From Octopus vulgaris (Eukaryota), in assembly GCA_951406725.2 (NCBI GenBank), contig OX597836.1, positions 16,802,001 to 16,866,000 on the forward strand: a stretch of DNA of 64,000 bases, read 5' to 3'. The notes beneath the pieces were generated by a model that saw nothing but the letters and a program-made list of their open reading frames with translations, was not told the origin of the DNA and made no database searches. Positions 12,192-25,468 of this stretch are shown piece after piece. Numbering within the stretch: the stretch's first letter is position 1; each line of letters opens with the position of its first letter. The translations under genes were made by a program, and so were the position numbers.

Positions 12192-12275
12192 CACAGCTAC
12201 TTCCATGTAAACACCACTGCCGCTTGCTTGTGCGACTTTCAGTGTGGGCGGCAGTGGCGTAGGTGTGCAGTTGTG
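12192..12275 (+). ncRNA. pri-miRNA-like hairpin (candidate)
   Basis: CCACTGCCGCTTGC/GTGGGCGGCAGTGG 14-bp stem plus lower stems CATGT/GTGTG and CACAGCT/AGTTGTG. Confidence 0.3.
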
Positions 12276-12849
12276 TTTGTGTTTTTCTCTACAGCTGCTT
12301 CTTGCAGTTGTAGTTTAGCCCTGTGCTAGCTTTCATCAACCTGAGTTATGATCAGAGGTGCTCCTGACATGACATCTCATCTTTCTGTATATCTGTTATA
12401 TTAGTGACTGCCCCCCCCCCCATATGTCATTATCATCATCATCATTGTCATCTTTTAACATCCGTTTTATCGGTCTCTTTTGCTGAACCGCTAAGTTACG
12501 GGAACGCAAACACACCAACATAAGTTGTCAAGTGATTGTGGTGGGGACAAACACAGACACACACACACACACACACATATATGACTGGGGTCGATTTCCT
12601 TGACTAAGGGCTGGCATGGGTCGTTCAGTTTCACAGGAACTGGCCAGGTTGGAGAGCTGCTCAGGCTCCGTTTGTCTGTTTTTGGCACGAAGGTGTGATT
12701 TGAGTGAAATTTGACTGCTATTTCTAATTAAACAAGCACAAATAAAGAGGTTCATTTGTTCGTCTGTTGTTACAGATATGCAGTTGTTGTTATTAGTGTT
12801 GTTGATGTCATTTAGCCCCGTGTCACTTCTGATCAATCAGGCCAATATA

Positions 12850-13065
12850 TATTTCTTTATTGCCCACAAGGGGCTAAACATAGAGGGGACAAACAAGGAC
12901 AGACAAAGGGATTGAGTCGATTACATCGACCCCAGTGCGAAACTGGTACTTAATTTATCGACCCCGAAAGGATGAAAGGCAAAGTCGATCTCGGTGGAAT
13001 TTGAACTCGGAACGTAACGATAGACGAAGTACGGTTACGCATTTCGCCCGGCTTGCTAACGTTTC
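12850..13065 (-). mobile_element. SINE family B
   Basis: Matches 7592-7822. Confidence 0.8.
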
Positions 13066-13075
13066 TAACATTCTA

Positions 13076-13236
13076 CCATATTTTAACGTGTATAAAGAAC
13101 CCATTTTTTTCAAAAATTAGATTAAAAAAATATGGGAGTTTCTTACATAGGGATAGTTTTATAAACCCTTAGAAAACCTTTTTTCCAAATTTTAAGCTCC
13201 CAAAATTAGGGGTTCTTTATACATGTTAAAATACGG
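13076..13236. mobile_element. Tc1/mariner (pogo-like) MITE
   Basis: ~27-bp TIRs CCATATTTTAACGTGTATAAAGAACCC / GGGTTCTTTATACATGTTAAAATACGG with TA on both sides. Confidence 0.8.
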
Positions 13237-13948
13237 TATATCCATGCTTTTATTTTTATTTCAAGTACAATATATTTAGGACTACGTTATTCTGCATAAC
13301 CTCCCTTTTTTTAAGGTAGTAGTGTGCAGCATGGGGGTTAGGGGCTGCTATTTTTAGCTAGTCAAAAAGCCATATAGTAAGTAGCATGCTGATATTTTGT
13401 GTTGTTTAACCCAAGGTCGGCTCTGATCCAGCAGCACCAGCAGATCTAGGATTAAAGACATTCTAGATGTGACTATCTCATCTTTACAGACATAGTTAAT
13501 CTTGGATTACATTATTCAAAGTGTCCTTTTTTTTAATGGATCTGAAAGCCTTGGTTGCTATTTCTAGCATATCTAGTGATCAGTTAGTAACTCCCTTATA
13601 AAGATTGTCTTCTCCTTCAAGTGGCCGCAACTGAGATGCGTTTTACCCTGCCCCACCAGGAATTTCTGTACAACATCAGCTTCTGGTAGATCTTCTGTTT
13701 CCTGTTGTGTGACTCTGCCAATCACATCAATGTAGATTGAGTGGTCTTCATCCATTATTATTATGTCGCAGAAGATTCCATTAATGTTACATCCAATATG
13801 ATGATAGCCTAGTGTTTAGCACAATAGCTGTGGCTAGCAAAGAACAGCCTGCTGCAGTAAACACAACCACCACCACCACTATTACTACAGTTAGAGTATG
13901 GAGATACTCTGTTGTTGTTACTGTTATTAATGTTGTTATTGTTGCCAA

Positions 13949-14372
13949 GACGGCGAGCTGGCAGAATCGTTAGCACGCCAGGCAAAATGCTTAGTGGTAT
14001 TTCGTCTGCTGCTATGTTCTGAGTTCAAATTTCGCCGAGGTCTACTTTGCCTTTCATCCTTTCGCGGTAGATTAAATAAGTACCAGTTACGCACTGGGGT
14101 CAATGTAATCGACTTAATCCATTTATCTGTCCTCGTTTGTCTCCTCTATGTTTAGCCCCTTGTGGGTAGTAAACAAATAGATATTTCGTCTGCCGCTACG
14201 TTCTGAGTTCAAATTCCGCCGAGGTCTACTTTGCCTTTCATCCTTTCAGGGTGGATTAAATAAGTACCAGTTATGCACTGGGTGTCAATGTAATCGACTT
14301 AATCCATTTATCTTTCCTTGTTTGTCTCCTCTGTGTGTATGTAGCCCCTTGTGGGCAGTAAAGAAATAAGAA
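13949..14372 (+). mobile_element. SINE B head-to-tail dimer, followed by degenerate copies to ~14772
   Basis: Second unit starts at TATTTCGTCTGCC directly after the tail. Confidence 0.8.
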
Positions 14373-14893
14373 TTATTAGTGTGCTGGAGAAAGAAATACT
14401 TAACGGCATTTCTTCATTTTCTTTACATTCCGAGTTCAAATAGCGATGAGGTTAACTTTGCCTTTCGTCTTTCGGGGTCGATAAAATTAAATAGCAATCA
14501 AGCACTGAGGCTGATGTAATCAACTAACTCACTTCCCCCCAAAAATCGCCAGCCTTCTACCAAAATTCAAAACTAATGTCGTTATTGCCTTTGTGGCAGT
14601 TGTTAGTCACATTATCATTAACTGTTGTTAGCGCTACTGATGTTGTTGTTTAACCCCAGGTTAGCTTTTTCAGGTTCGATGAAATTAAATAGCAGTTAAG
14701 CACGGAGACCGATGTAATCGATTAACCCACTTCCCCCTAAAAATCGCCAGCCTTCTACCAAAATTCAAAACTTATGTTGTTATTGAATTATGATGATGAT
14801 TATCATTAACTGTTGTTAATCTTTTCACATAAACACGACACACACACACCCGACACACACACACACGACACACACACACACACATCATATATA

Positions 14894-15300
14894 GGCGCAG
14901 GAGTGGCTGTGTGGTAAGTAGCTTGTTTACCAACCACATGGTTCCGGGTTCAGTCCCACTGCGTGGCACCTTGGGTTAGTGTCTTCTACTATAGCCTCTG
15001 GTCGACCAAAGCCTTGTGAGTGGATTTGGTAGACGGAAACTGAAAGAAGCCCGTCGTATATATGTATATATATATATTTATGTGTGTGAGTGTATGTTTG
15101 TGTGTCTGTGTTTGTCCCCCTAGCATTGTTTGACAACCGATGCTGGTGTGTTTACGTCCCCATCACTTAGCGGTTCGGCAAAAGAGACCGATAGAATAAG
15201 TACTGGGCTTACAAAGAATAAGTCCCGGGGTTGAGTTGCTCGACTAAAGGCGGTGCTCCAGCATGGCCGCAGTCAAATGACTGAAACAAGTAAAAGAGTA
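14894..15300 (+). mobile_element. SINE family A, full length
   Basis: Near-consensus copy; older inverted copy at ~15440-15815. Confidence 0.85.
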
Positions 15301-16491
15301 TAAAAATATAATAGGAATTTTTTTTAGACATCAAATGGCTATGAGGGACTGCCCAACTAAAATTTGAATCAAAAGAGGGTCCCTAGGTAAAACATGGCTG
15401 AGAACTACTGGTCTAAGAAGCCTACTTTCTCAAGATATCTTTTATCGTTTACTTGTTTCAGTCGTTGGACTGTGGCTATGCTGGAGCACTGCCTTGAAGG
15501 ATTCTTACTTGAAGCAAATCACCCCTAGTACTTGTTTTTAAAACTGGTGCTTTTTCCATTGGACTCATTTTGCTGAACTGCTAAGTTAAGGGGATGCAAT
15601 CAAACCAACACTGGTTGTTAAGCAGTGGGTGGGTGGGGTAACAGACAGAAGCACACAAACACACATTCTCTGGGATTCACACTACCAAATCTACTCATAA
15701 GGCATTAGTTGGCCCTGGATTATAATAGAAGGTGCTTATCCTGCAGTGGGACTGAACTCAGAACCTTGTAATTGCAAAGCAAGCTTTTTAACCACACAGC
15801 CATGCCTACACCTATAGAGTGTAACATGAAAAAAAATTTAGCTGTTATTTCTAGCAAATAGAACAATCCATTGTAGGTATTGATATCACTGTTTCTGATG
15901 TTACTGCTGCTGCTGCTGTTGTTTTTGTGCATGTTTATCTCGTAGTAGCTTTATCTTCTGACTAATCTATGTTAAACCCTAATCCACCCATCCACCCTTA
16001 TCTCACGGCTCCCTCCTCCTCATCCATCCCTATCACCAATGGTGATGACTCAGAAATAACTAACATGGCATTGTGTCTCTTCGCTGCTGCCCAGCTTCCA
16101 GCTTCAACTTTCTTCCATCTGCTCCATCCACCACTGAGATGCCCCCCCTCGCCACCCCTATCATCTACCCGGCTGTCCTGTTTGCTGTCCAGCTACATTT
16201 CTTCTTATCCACCCAGCTGTCTACCTCCATCACTCCTCCTCCTCTTCTTTGAGTAGCCCCTCATCCTATCTATCCATCTGATCAGTTCTATATCATTAGT
16301 GGTCACTATAGAAGAGTGTGTGTGTGTGTGTATGTATGTAGAGGACTCAGCCAGTATCTGAGGGGTACAGGTTCAACTCGGGTATCCACCTGCGGGCAAA
16401 TTTTTTCTGTCTTATAGAAATTGACTTTCTTGTCTGTACAATACCAGCCACATTCAATGCTTCCAAAGCTTGTTTATAATATATATATATA

Positions 16492-16656
16492 GGCGTTGGA
16501 GTGGCTGTGTAGTAAGTAGCTTGCTTACCAACCACATGGTTCAGGGTTCAGTCCCACTGCGTGGCACCATGGGCAAGTGTCTTCTACTATAGCCTCGGGC
16601 CGACCAAAGCCTTGTGAGTGGATTTGGTAGACGGAAACTGAAAGAAGCCCATTGTA

Positions 16657-16713
<57 letters not shown>

Positions 16714-16931
16714 ATGTGTGTGTGTCTGTGTTTGTCCCCCCAACAGCGCTTGACAACCGATGCTGGTGTGTTTGTTTCCCCGTAACTTAGCGGTTCGGGA
16801 AAATAGACCAATAGCATAAGTTCTAGGCTTACAAAGAATAAGTCCTGGGGTCGATTTGCTCGACTAAAGGCGGTGCTCCAGCATGGCCACAGTCAAATAA
16901 CTGAAACAAGTAAAAGAGTAAAAAGAGTAAA
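16492..16931 (+). mobile_element. SINE family A, full length
   Basis: Near-consensus copy. Confidence 0.85.
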
Positions 16932-17536
16932 GAGAGACGAAAGAAATGCCACTAAGCAATTTTGTATGGCATGCTAACGATTGTGACTCAAGTGTGATTA
17001 AATTTACTGGAAAAACTAAATATGTTTTAAGCCTAAAATTGTTTACAAACATTCAATGTACTTTCATACTGACTGTTAGTGTATGTGTATATACTTACTG
17101 TTAGTATAATGTGTATATACACTTTTTAGACTATATGTGTGTATATATACATTGCATAAGAACACTTTGCACTAAAGGTCGCTGACTCTTGGCTAATCTT
17201 TTAGATTACCTGGTCAGTAGTCTTAATGTCGGTGAACTTTTGGATAATTGCCTTTTTATGTAGCACTTACCTGTAATGTGTGGTATAACGATGTAGCCCG
17301 GGGTTTCAACTTCATCCTCATTATTACAATATTGAGGAATTTTCAAAAGATTTCTGTCTTTTTTTCTCCTCCTTGTCTTTCATTTTCTTTTGACAACTTA
17401 CTTTAGTTGCTGTCATCTTAGAATAACAGAGCAAATATTTCTTCCAGAAAATTACCACTACCATTGCCATCACCACCACTACTACTACTACAACTACTAT
17501 TACCCATGTAGTCTTTTTTGCATTCATTGCCTAATA

Positions 17537-17745
17537 CTCTCTCTTTACTCTTTTTACTTGTTTCAGTCATTTGACTGCGGCGATGCTGGAGCACCGCCTT
17601 TAATCAAGCAACTCGACCCTGGGACTTATTCTTTTGTAAGCCCAGTACTTATTCTATCGGTCTCTTTTGCCGAACCGCTAAGTAACGGGGGACATAAACA
17701 TCCAGTATCGGTTGTCAAGCAATGCTAGGGGGACAAACACACACA

Positions 17746-17783
<38 letters not shown>

Positions 17784-17932
17784 TACGACGGGCTTCTTTC
17801 AGTTTCCGTCTACCAAATCCACTCACTAGGCTTTGGTCAGCCCGGGGCTATAGCAGAAGACACTTGCCCAAGATGTCACGCAGTGGGACTGAACCCGGAA
17901 CCATGTGGTTGGTTAGCAAGCTACTTACCACA
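17537..17932 (-). mobile_element. SINE family A
   Basis: Reverse complement of consensus, head slightly truncated. Confidence 0.85.
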
Positions 17933-17934
17933 AA

Positions 17935-18172
17935 TGCGTCCTGTTAAAGCCTAGCCAGGTTCATGGGCCCAGTTTCCATGGCGTATGTGTTCCCAAGCTG
18001 GATCGGACGCCAGTCCATCGCAGCGTTACTCATTTTTGTCAGCTGAGTGAACTGGAGCAGCGCGAAAGGAAGTGTTTTGCTCAAGAACACAGCGTGTCGC
18101 CCGGTCCAGGAATCGAAACCACAATCTTAAGATCATGATGCTGACACCCTAACCACTAAGCCATGTGCCTCC
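17935..18172 (-). mobile_element. SINE family E (tRNA head plus Meta-domain-like body)
   Basis: Reverse strand: TGGCTTAGTGGTTAGGGTG...GTGTTCTTGAGCAAAACACTT...CTGCGATGGACTGGCGTCC; related pieces ~42565-42745, 48937-49688, ~51805-51912. Confidence 0.7.
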
Positions 18173-19227
18173 ATATATATATGTATGTATATTGAAAAAT
18201 TGCTATTTCAAATGAGACAGCATAATTGTTAACCAATGCTTTGAACTTATATATACAAGTTCCAATCAAGTACTAAACATGTCTTCTGATTTTCTTTGGG
18301 TATTACAGTAATCCTTTGCCATATTGTGGTTCCCCTATCATGGTTTTTTTTATTTAACTTACATTGATTCTTCTGTGATGTTGTTTTGCATTTATAATAA
18401 GATAAATATATACAAATTATAAAAATAATATATATTATATTATAAGGCACAAAAAGAAAATGACTCTCCCCAGACACAACAGAATATGCTTCAACACATG
18501 AACTCATATAAAGAATCTTGCAAACCAAATCCAAAAGCAAAATATATATATATATATATATGTAGAAATGATTGTGCTCAGTGTGTGACAATTTTACCTT
18601 TTGAAATTTGGCATTAAACTCCCTCCCATTGTGATGTGGTCACACAGGGTTCTTCTATGGTCTGAAGAGGGCATCATATAATGCGCACATCAATAAGGAA
18701 GGATTTCAACATGGTATTCTTTTATGGCAGCTATTACATATGTTTCAGTATTTGGTAATATATGATGTCACATTATAAAAGCAATCCATAGATGCACCTC
18801 ATAAGTGCAGCATGCATTATAAAGATGGATATTTCCTCAGACAAAAGTATTTGACTTGATTTTACATTGTGTGTATTGTGTGTGTGTGTATGATAAAGAA
18901 CATTGAAGTTAGCAACTTTCTTTTAATATATTGTTTACAATTGTTTCGTCAATTTCCAGTATAAACAACCTTGTGTCAAACATCTGGATTATATATATCC
19001 AATTCATGAACTCTATAATATATTTGTGAATGTACACACCTGTTTGTGTGCATGTGTATGTTTCTATATATATGATGCACATATTGAAATCTCTCTATTT
19101 TTTTTTTTACATATTCAAGCGGCAGTATAATCATAACGATAATAATGATTCAAATTATTTTTAAATAAGAAAGGCTTTTCCTTTCCCCAAGTTCATTACC
19201 ATTGCGTGTATGTATTTATTATTCATG

Positions 19228-19259
<32 letters not shown>

Positions 19260-21289
19260 CAAGTTTGTACATGTGTGTATGTGTTTCAGTCTATATATCA
19301 TTCTGTCCTTCATTTTTTGCCTACCATGCCCTACACTCTCTCTATTTGTCTCTCTCTCTCTTTTTTTTTTTTTTTGTTTCTATCTTAAACCTGTCACCTA
19401 ATTGTCGGTTTTATCTTTTTGTTAAAGGTTTTCTGCAAAATCCTCACATTGTTCCCGAGTCTGGTCCACATTTCCATTATCAGGGTCCTAGCTGCCTCCT
19501 CAGTGGTAATGTGTGTTTTGTCTCATTCCATGACCTCTGCTACTATAAATGTTGCTGCTGCTGCTACTACTACCACTACTGACCCTCCCCACCCCTCCAC
19601 CTCCAGTATCCTCTACCAACCACACCACACCCCCACTTTTCCACCTTACACTACCACCTCCTCTCCCTCCTGTGCTCTCCACCACCAACGCGGCCATCAG
19701 ATGCCATGCTGATGCCAGTGCCCAAAAGTGCATTTCATTATGCAATTGTTTGAATGATGATAATGATACCACCCCCACCACCGCCCCTATCCCTTTTACC
19801 TTCATGCCATTCACCACCACCACCGTGTTTCATACAATGCTACCTATGACCTGATTACTGACCCACTGGTCCCTAAAAACAAACCCCCATTTCCCCCACT
19901 CCACTCTCTAAAAAAAATAAGCAAGAGGCCAAGAGGAATATGTCTGTTAATGTTATAATTATTATTATTATTACTATTATTATTATTAACATTATTATTG
20001 ATATTTTGTTAGACACTTGTTGTTATTATTATTATTATTATCATTATTTGATGGTATTATGTTTTGTTGTTTACATTTAGTTTTTATTTCCAAGTCTGGC
20101 AAAGCTTCAGAAATTCCATTTTTCTTTTCTTTGCTTCATATTCCTGTTTTTTTTTTTTCTTCTAAGTACTCTCCCCCTCTGCTCTACAGATCATCCTGAC
20201 ATTTTGCAACTCATTTAGGTCTTTTAGGGGTACCATTTGAAGAATTTAGCTTGTTGTTTGTACCTGGAAATATGTCAGACTGGTTGAAACCCATCCTTGT
20301 TCCAAACTATGAACTTGCAGAGAAGCACTTAGGCTCAGCACCCGACATTTTACAGAACATTTGTTAATTACACACTGCTCCCTCCCACTGCAGACAGTTG
20401 TGTTCATCTTCATCTTATTTCCGAGTATTCCTACTTCCCCTTTTAATGTGAGCTCGCCATGCATCTCTTCTACAACAAGATACCTGTTCTTGCCCCTCTT
20501 TCATAGTTTAACTTCACAGCACCTTGGTATAAAACCCCTCCTTAATACCCCCTCAGTTATGGGGGATTTTCTTTTCTTTTTCTGTCTTGCAACTTAGTTG
20601 GCAACCTCACTAATGTTGGTGCCATGAAAAAAGCACCTTGTAAATACTGTTGGCATTAGGAAGGATATCCAACTGTAGAAACCATGCCAAAGCTGATACT
20701 AGAACTCCTGAAGCCCTGCTACTTGCCAGATCCTGTCAAACTGTCCAACCCATGCCATCAAGGAAAGGAGATGTATGGTGATGAGGTGACTGATTAACAG
20801 CTAAGTAGACTGAGCCATTTGCCTTGGTCTGTGGTCATGGAAATTTCTATGTAGCTATGTGGGCCAGTCACAAGGTTTGTGTCTAACACTTATCTTGGCT
20901 GATTGTTTTGCTCGTAAATATTTAAGTGCGTATGCGCATGCGAATGCTGGACCTCAGAAAATAGAGGACAAACCAATTGTGATGAGTGATTGACTAGATT
21001 TTGTATAGCGGACCAATCCAACCCACTCCAGCGTGGAAAAATCTGGTATGAAAATGAAGGCGATGATGATGATGATAGACAAAGACAATGATTAGGGTAG
21101 ATGAACAGTGTTCTACCCAGCACCTTCTGGTACTTCCTCACCATTATTCTGGGACAGATAACTGTCAGTAAACTTCCAAATTTGATTCTTGTTGTCAAGT
21201 AGAAACTCATAAGCACATAGCTCCATACTGACATATGATAAATGGACAGCATTCTACAACTTGACGGCATGCACTGTCAAAACAGTGAT

Positions 21290-21451
21290 TTAACCCTTTC
21301 GCATTAAACTAACCATATCCAGCCCAAATATTGAACATATTTTGTGTTCAAACTGACCACATCTGGCCTCTTGCGCCTGCTCTAAAATGCCATTTTAAAA
21401 ATAACAATCACATCATTGAAATGTCAAAGCTATGAGATGATGCATGATTAA
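21290..21451. mobile_element. piggyBac-type MITE P1, truncated
   Basis: TTAACCCTTTCGCATT start; P1 body. Confidence 0.65.
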
Positions 21452-21755
21452 TGGGTTGTCAGTGTGTTTCCACAACACCAGTATAATGGGTGGACAACAG
21501 TATGTTCCCAAATAGGCAGACAGTATGTTTCCCCAGCAAACACTGATTTAATGGGTTGCCGGTATGTTCCCAAATGACCAAGTTAATGGATGGGTAGTAT
21601 GTTCCCAAAACCATTAATTCAGTAGGTTGACAGTTTGTGTTCCTTTGATGCATATTTAATGAATTTAATGGGTTACCAGTTCTTGTTTCCAAAATATTGA
21701 TTCAATTCTTGGACAATAATATGTTCCCAAAACACAAATTTAATGGGTCACCAAT
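21448..21755. repeat. degenerate ~35-bp minisatellite
   Basis: Recurrent TTAATGGGTT...AGTATGTTCCCAAA units. Confidence 0.7.
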
Positions 21756-21992
21756 GTGGCACTCTAGTATGATGCATAAAAATATATTGAATCCAAGGTT
21801 TTCATCATTGTTTCTATAAGCTGTACATTTTTGTTAACTAATTACGAAATACCAACTTTTCACAGCTTCATGACAAAATCTACCCTTTCCTTCCTTCTGT
21901 ACCTATATATATATATATATATATGTGTATGTATTAATAATCTGCTGTAGAATTCACTATGCATATTACTTCTGAATGAAGCATTAGTCGGG

Positions 21993-22348
21993 TACAGAGC
22001 ACTAATAAGAAAAAAGGTGACAATGGAATAACCAATTATCTTATGAACTTCATTCATTGACTTACAGCTGTTTCTGCTGTGAGATGTGGTTGACTGATAG
22101 TTGAGTGCCTGAGTAAACACTTTATAGCTTCATCAGAGCCTCAAGTATGAAGTGCAGTTTATTTGGGAAATTTGTTTTCCCAAATAAATTGCACTTTCAT
22201 GTTTGAGGCTCGGATGAAACTGTAAGGCGTTATTCAGGCATTCAACTACAAGTCCACCCCATCTTATAGCAGAAACATCTGTAAGCCAATGAAGTTAATA
22301 AGACAATCATTTGTTCCTTTGTCATCTCTTTTCTTATATGTATCTGTA

Positions 22349-22349
<1 letters not shown>
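21993..22349. mobile_element. ~350-bp palindrome of two inverted Penelope-like terminal repeats
   Basis: Arms complementary around TTTATTTGGGAAA-TTTGT-TTTCCCAAATAAA; each arm carries a hammerhead-like core. Confidence 0.65.
22059..22140 (-). ncRNA. type I hammerhead ribozyme motif with palindromic stem III
   Basis: Minus strand GGCT-CTGATGA-AGCT...AGCA-GAAA-CAGCTG-TA-AGTC. Confidence 0.55.
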
Positions 22350-22409
<60 letters not shown>

Positions 22410-22589
22410 GAATATCACTGGAAGAAAGGGCTGGTGGATTACAATACATGTATATTATGTGATGGATTTGTATTTTAATTAAAGCATACTATTGAAACAC
22501 ATATAGTGATGTTTTAAACTATCCATTCATTTTTATTTACTATATATATATAAGAGAACAGAGTGTACGTACGCTGCTATATATATAAA

Positions 22590-23030
22590 ATATAAAATGG
22601 GACAAGAACGCAAAACATCCGGACAACCAGGTGATACAAAAAGGGACAACGAAACATCCAGATTGACGATACAAAAAAAAAAACAAGGACGGGTCAGATT
22701 GGAGCAATCTCAAGATTAATCAGCCGAAATTGCGAGGATGATCCAGTTCTTGACTGAGGATAGAAAGCTTCGAATGACCCGTCCTTTTTTTTTTTTTTTG
22801 TATTGTCTATCTGGATGTTTTGTTGTCCCATTTTTGTATCACCTAGTTGTCTGGATAGTTTGCATTCTTGTCCTATTTTGTATTATATATATAAGATTAT
22901 TCAGCCGAAATTGCTAGGATGATCCGGTTCTTGACTGAAGATTGAAGGCTTTGAATGTCCCGTCCATGTTTTTTGTATCGTCTTCTAAATGTTTTACGTT
23001 TTTGTCCCAGTTTGTATTTTTCTACACATT
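22590..23030. mobile_element. unclassified repeat in inverted-plus-tandem arrangement (Penelope-like architecture)
   Basis: 22593-22696 is the inverse of ~22776-22885; ~22713-22885 is repeated at ~22893-23030; further copy at ~25520-25800 (minus). Confidence 0.5.
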
Positions 23031-23389
23031 TATATATATATATAGTTGTATTTTAAATTATTGTGTATGTGTGTGTCCTTCTGATTTTCATGAAATAACA
23101 AGAAATGTATTTCTGTTGTTATTTTAATCGTATCCATTCATTTTAGCTTCTGTCCAAAATATATTGTCCCCATTTTTATACCAAGTGCAACCTGCCTTAA
23201 CTCAACTCACTGATTCCATCCTTGTTTTTGCTCTGTCTTTTACACATCTATCATTGAGAAAGTTTATTATTTCCTTCTCTTCTATTCTTCATCTTCTTGC
23301 ATTCTAGACATGGGCCCTCTTCCTTTCTTTTCTCTTTTTCTTTCATAAAGCTGGCTGGCCCGTCAGTTGTGTGGCCCTTTCTCTTTTCC

Positions 23390-23420
<31 letters not shown>

Positions 23421-23536
23421 TCTCTCTCTCTCTCAGTTCCATCCATTTCAGTGGAAATAGCATTCTTGGTTAAATCCTTTCTATTGTCTAGTTATCTTAC
23501 AAGTTGTGTGCATGTCTGTGTGTGTGTATGTATATA

Positions 23537-23590
<54 letters not shown>

Positions 23591-25047
23591 TATATATGGC
23601 TGTGTGGTTAAGAAGTTTACTTCCCAACCACATGATTTTGGGTTCATTTGTACTCTGTGGCACCTTTGGCAAGTGTCTTAATATAGCCCTGGGCCAGCCA
23701 AAACTTTATGAGTAGATTTGGCAAATGGAAACCGAAAGAAGACTGCTGTGTGTGTGTGTGTCCCCCTTTATCTTGACATAGTATGCCTATGAATAAATGT
23801 CATTCCTTTCCAACATCCCTGCAAAAGCATGTCTGGTCTTGGGAAAATATTACCTTGCTTGGAAACAAGAGCTGGCAGTAAGAAGGGTGTTTTGCTGTAG
23901 AATATCTGTTTCAGTATGTATGTGTGTTTTGCTGAAGAGACTGACCCTGATGTCTTCTATTTAATACAAGAATGGCTTATCAACAGAGTGGGCCATTCCA
24001 TCTTATTACAGTTCATAGACAGTACACCAAAATTTGAGTCTTTTATTCCAACACCTCCTTTCATATTACGTCTATATTTCTTAAACCAACTTCTTTTAAA
24101 ACTACATTTTTTCACCCCTCCAACAACTAAAAAAGAACAAAATTAGCTTGTGTTTGTTTGTGTCATTGTACAAATTAATCATAAATTTTTTTTATTTATT
24201 TTCATATAAAATAATCATAAATAATCAAATATTTAATTTCAGTGATTATATCTTTCTTCTATATATTCTTATTTACATTGTATTTTTTGTTGTTCTTATG
24301 TATAATTTAAATGTAAATACTTATACTGTAATGTCACTTGGTATTTCTTGGGTGGATGGGTGGGAATCATGAGGGAGTTATTGGTATTTTTAAGGTAAAA
24401 TTATGTTCTTTTTCTTCTGCTTTTTTTTCAAATCTGACATTCATTTCAGCATAGCTGGTTCAATTTGTGCTGCAGCCACTTGAAAGGAATTAATGGTGTT
24501 TAAAGCAAAAAGTATTCCCTCGGATATTATTGAATGCTTTTCCAATAACTAAAAAGAAACAAAATTTCTTCTTGCTTGTTAGAAGTTTTCTTCAAGTTGA
24601 TATATATATATATATGTATGCCTTAACATTCTGTGATAGTTGTAAATGAGTGTCACTGTCATACAAGTGGTGTCATTTCCAGTCGTCCAAACATGTTTGA
24701 ATAGAAGAGCCACTTACATGATATATATATGCATGTATATCAGTCCCACTCTCTGGCACCTTGGGCGAATGTCTTCTATTATAGCTTTGGGCCAACTAAA
24801 GCCATGTGAGTGGATTTGATAGTCAGAAACTGAAAGAAGTCCATCGTATGTGCTTGTCCACCACCACTTGACAACCGTTGTTTGTATATTTACATCCCTG
24901 TAACTTAGCAGTTCAGTAAAATTGACTGATAGAATAAGTACCAAGCTTTAAAAAAAAAACAGACATCCTGGGGTTCATTCAGTTGACTGAGAATTGTTCA
25001 ACATGGTGCTCTAGTATAGCCACAGTCTAATAGCTGAAACAGATAAA

Positions 25048-25092
<45 letters not shown>

Positions 25093-25094
<2 letters not shown>

Positions 25095-25468
25095 CGTACG
25101 AGTGCCTGTGTGGTAAGTAGCTTGCTTACCAACCACATGGTTCCGGGTTCAGTCCCACTGCGTGGCACCTTCGGCAAGTGTCTTCTACTATAGCCTTGGG
25201 CTGACCAAAGCCTTGTGAGTGGATCTGGTAGACGGAAACTGAAAGAAGCCTGTCGTATATATATGTGTGTGTGTGTGTTTGTGTTTGTCCCCCAACATCG
25301 CTTGACAACCGATGCTGGTGTATTTACGTCCCCGTAACTTAGCGGTTCAGCAAAAGAGACCGATAGAATAAGTACTAGGCTTACAAAGAATAAGTCCTGG
25401 GGTTGATTTGCTCGACTAAAGGCAGTGCTCCAGCATGGCCACAGTCAAATGACTGAAACAAGTAAAAG
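25093..25468 (+). mobile_element. SINE family A, full length
   Basis: Near-consensus; degenerate copy just upstream at ~24740-25050. Confidence 0.85.

Noticed and set aside
12206-12225. TGTAAACA resembling the miR-30 seed and GGCAGTG resembling the miR-34 seed in the hairpin
   Set aside because: The rest of the sequence matches neither mature miRNA; no family assigned
13573-13755. 60-aa ORF MDEDHSIYIDVIGRVTQQ... in unique sequence
   Set aside because: No recognisable homology or convincing splice signals; length expected by chance
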